27,337 nt of DNA from a virus (lineage: Duplodnaviria; Caudoviricetes), in IMG/VR virus record IMGVR_UViG_3300006110_000031, positions 1-27,337 of that record; one strand, 5' to 3'. Shown in pieces: positions 24,938 through 27,337 of this stretch. Both the position numbers and the translations under genes were made by a program. The stretch's first letter is position 1. Every line of letters begins with the position of its first letter. The notes under the pieces were generated by a model. The model saw only the letters and a program-made list of their open reading frames with translations, was not told the DNA's origin and searched no databases.

Positions 24938-25726
24938 CTAAGCTATTTGAATTGGTGTAGATGGAGCTTGAATACCAAATCCACCACCTGTTCCACCAGA
25001 ACCATAATAATTTGGGCTTGAATTACCAATGGTGTTTAAACTTGTTCCACCGCTAGGTATAGAAATTGGTGCATTATTACCACTATTCATTGCGCTATAA
25101 GCACCCATAGTGCCTATTGTATTGGCTGTGCTACCATAAATATTGCCTTGAGCAATTTGAGAAGCAGCAGTAGCATTGGCTGAACCTATTCCAAGATTTG
25201 CCACATTAGTTGCTGTTCCTAATTGAGCATTAGACTGTCCAGTTGTACCTGCAAGACCTAAATTAGCATTTGCCAAATCAATAGCAGCAATATTGCCTCT
25301 TTGAGCTTGAAAATTATTAAATGCATTTTGATAAGCATTTTGAGCATAATTTTGGGTATAGTCACTTAGTGACTTTAAAGCATTTCCACCTATAGCACCG
25401 CCAGAAGCATTGCTGGCATTTAAATTGGTCTTTTGTCCAATATCTAATCCAAAAGCATAATTAGGAGCTAAATTAGCATTTAAATCTTGATTGCTAAATT
25501 GTTCATTAAAATAAGGATTGCCAGAAGTAAGGCTTGCTAATGGAGTTGCGCCATAATTAGCATAAGGAATAAAATTTTGAGATGCTGTATTTCCAGCAGC
25601 AAGTATATTACTTTGCTGTTGTGTAGCAGCATTTGCTTGAGTTTGAGCAGCATTTTGTTGCCCTTGACTAGACAAATAACCTGCTGCAACTGAACCTACA
25701 ACTACTGCTGTTGCGACTCCTGACAT
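24938..25726 (-). CDS. DNA-transfer (pilot) protein, P22 gp7-like
   Basis: Hydrophobic A/V/G N-terminus, AAQTQANAA, PY..G, P.YAF, GGNALK.L.DY.Q.YA. Confidence 0.78.
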   Translation of the reverse strand: MSGVATAVVVGSVAAGYLSSQGQQNAAQTQANAATQQQSNILAAGNTASQNFIPYANYGATPLASLTSGNPYFNEQFSNQDLNANLAPNYAFGLDIGQKTNLNASNASGGAIGGNALKSLSDYTQNYAQNAYQNAFNNFQAQRGNIAAIDLANANLGLAGTTGQSNAQLGTATNVANLGIGSANATAASQIAQGNIYGSTANTIGTMGAYSAMNSGNNAPISIPSGGTSLNTIGNSSPNYYGSGGTGGGFGIQAPSTPIQIA

Positions 25727-26560
25727 TTAATTTCTCCTTATTGCAAGATTTAGGGCTTGACGATAATCAATAGTAATTTCTTCCCCCAAATTACCGCCTT
25801 GGCATCCATTTATAGCCTTATTTGCCACTAAATCAATATTGCCATTATCCCTCAAAACCATAATTCCATTAGCATTTTTTGCATGATTTGTATATCTTCC
25901 TACAGGGGTTCTTTTGCCATCTATGCGAGCTGGAGCAATTACCTCTCCTTGAGCAATATTTCCTGTAGCAAATACACCTTTTCCATCAATTCTTGAATTA
26001 GCAATCATCATTTTGTAATTGCCAAAAGGCATGGGAATTTGGTCATCCATGTTTTCTGTCTGTTTTCTAACAGTTTCATGGTCAAAACCATATTCAGCAA
26101 TAGCTAAATAATAATCAGCTACATCAGAAGAATGGTCTAAAGTTAATAATAAATTTTGAGCTTTTTGATTTTCTTGCCAAGTTATGCTTTTTTCAAGAAA
26201 CATAGATTCAAGCTTTTCTACATCGGTTTCCAAAGTCGCATAAACATTTTGCCAAACCATTTTTTCATGAATATATCCAATTTTTCGACCTGGCTTTGAA
26301 ACAAAAACTTGAGGAGCAATTAATTCATTTTTTGAGCCATCCTCATTGACCATTGTTACTCTACCAGAAATCATTATGTTTAAATGTTCGGTTTTTTGAT
26401 AATGACCTATGGACAATGTACCAGCAGGAATGGTGACTTCTCGGATGTAGATATTAGGGCCAAAGCGATGCACTACAGGACAATCTACTTGTTCATGCTT
26501 TAAAAATTCAGCTTCTAATTGCTGAACTTTTTCTTCAGTTATAACTTGTAAACTAGACAT
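25727..26560 (-). CDS. Cupin-like domain fused to SET-domain methyltransferase
   Basis: Likely start MSSLQ at 26560. N-terminal HRFGPNIYIREVTIPAGT..GHYQKTEH cupin. C-terminal SRIDGKGVFA..I..GEVI, RYTNHA, GEEITIDY SET motifs. Confidence 0.82.
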   Translation of the reverse strand: MSSLQVITEEKVQQLEAEFLKHEQVDCPVVHRFGPNIYIREVTIPAGTLSIGHYQKTEHLNIMISGRVTMVNEDGSKNELIAPQVFVSKPGRKIGYIHEKMVWQNVYATLETDVEKLESMFLEKSITWQENQKAQNLLLTLDHSSDVADYYLAIAEYGFDHETVRKQTENMDDQIPMPFGNYKMMIANSRIDGKGVFATGNIAQGEVIAPARIDGKRTPVGRYTNHAKNANGIMVLRDNGNIDLVANKAINGCQGGNLGEEITIDYRQALNLAIRRN

Positions 26561-26789
26561 TGTAATAAGGAACTTTATAAGGCTTACCAGCAACAGTAAT
26601 ATTGATAAATCCAGCAGGGTTAGTAGGCAATACTGCTGCGCCTTTGGAAGCATTAGGCGAGCTACTAAAATTTAGTAAATTCAAAAAATACTGTTGCCAA
26701 GACCTAGTTGGCATCTTTGTAGACTCATCTAGCAAAGGGGTCTGTGGATAAGGATTTAATTGAGAATTGCCATAAATCTGATTTGCCAT
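26553..26789 (-). CDS. Small tail-associated protein
   Basis: 78 aa; P..PLLD..TRSWQQYF..LP.NPAGFI..KVPYY; coupled to the gp10-like gene. Confidence 0.68.
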   Translation of the reverse strand: MANQIYGNSQLNPYPQTPLLDESTKMPTRSWQQYFLNLLNFSSSPNASKGAAVLPTNPAGFINITVAGKPYKVPYYNV

Positions 26790-27337
26790 TAGTTTTCCCC
26801 TTCTGTAGCTTTAAGGTTAGCTGACACAATTACAGCCTTAATAGGGTCAGAAACCGATACCTCAAAGATTCTATCCCTAGACCAGCCTAATCTGCGCCAA
26901 ATAGCTCGATTTTGATATTTGCCAATTTTGCCAATACTGACCCAATGTTCATTAGACCAAGTAGAACCGCCATCATTTGACCATCTGAGCATTGCTTGTG
27001 GGTTTTTTCCTTGCCCTGTAGATAAGCCTACACCAGGCTGAAACTGAATTTGCATTTCATCAAAATATTGCCTTTGCAAGTCAGTTACTAAATGAGGGCA
27101 TCTTCGCAATCTGCGAATTTCACCGCCATTGTCTGTGTAGTTATTAGGGTCTAACTCATAAATATTGCCATTTTGCCAATCCCCTACAAGAACCATATCT
27201 TGAAAGTTTGCTTGGCAATTTGACCGATGGCGATGGTAAACATTATTGGAGTCTACCCATAACCACTTATGCCACATTTGAGTGGATAAGTCATAGCACC
27301 AAGTCAAATCAAGGGTTGGGAAAGAAAGAACATAAAC
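26789..27337 (-). CDS. P22 gp10-like tail hub / DNA-stabilisation protein, C-terminal part (enters from the right edge)
   Basis: LSFPTLDLTWCYD..WH..LVGDWQNG.IY..PQAMLRWSNDGG.TWS..GKIGKY..RAIWRRLG..RDRIFEV..SDP. Confidence 0.88.
   Translation of the reverse strand, partial: VYVLSFPTLDLTWCYDLSTQMWHKWLWVDSNNVYHRHRSNCQANFQDMVLVGDWQNGNIYELDPNNYTDNGGEIRRLRRCPHLVTDLQRQYFDEMQIQFQPGVGLSTGQGKNPQAMLRWSNDGGSTWSNEHWVSIGKIGKYQNRAIWRRLGWSRDRIFEVSVSDPIKAVIVSANLKATEGEN

Noticed and set aside
26561-26653. Hydrophobic N-terminal extension (apparent signal or TM) on the cupin-SET ORF
   Set aside because: It overlaps the upstream gene by ~100 nt; the start at 26560 gives the usual short overlap, so membrane anchoring is not supported.
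1-27337. Stop-codon reassignment, introns or inteins
   Set aside because: Genes tile densely under the standard code, and TerL, portal and coat are uninterrupted and of ordinary length.

Overview
The window is most of a small tailed dsDNA phage genome with P22-like podovirus morphogenesis genes and a lambdoid-style early region. Minus strand, right to left: a gp10-like tail hub (partial), a cupin-SET fusion, three ejection proteins (one with a lytic transglycosylase), tail fibre and chaperone, and a lysis cassette (holin candidates, Rz/Rz1 spanins, GH19 endolysin). A plus-strand early operon (Sak, YqaJ exonuclease, SSB-like protein, three unannotated membrane micropeptides) diverges from a Cro-like gene. 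A leftward run follows: DUF1376-type initiator, nucleases, a 668-aa multi-domain effector-like protein, GroES, TerS/TerL, portal, scaffold, coat protein and Ser/Thr/Ala-rich virion proteins. No integrase, CI, tRNA or CRISPR array was seen. The most notable items are (1) the cupin-SET methyltransferase fusion in the tail/ejection module, alongside several very Lys-rich small proteins, (2) a compact pseudoknotted RNA-like element filling the gap between the convergent early and late transcription units, and (3) an apparently inserted ART-like/metallopeptidase-like/ART-like protein. All family calls come from motif recognition by eye; no database searches were run.
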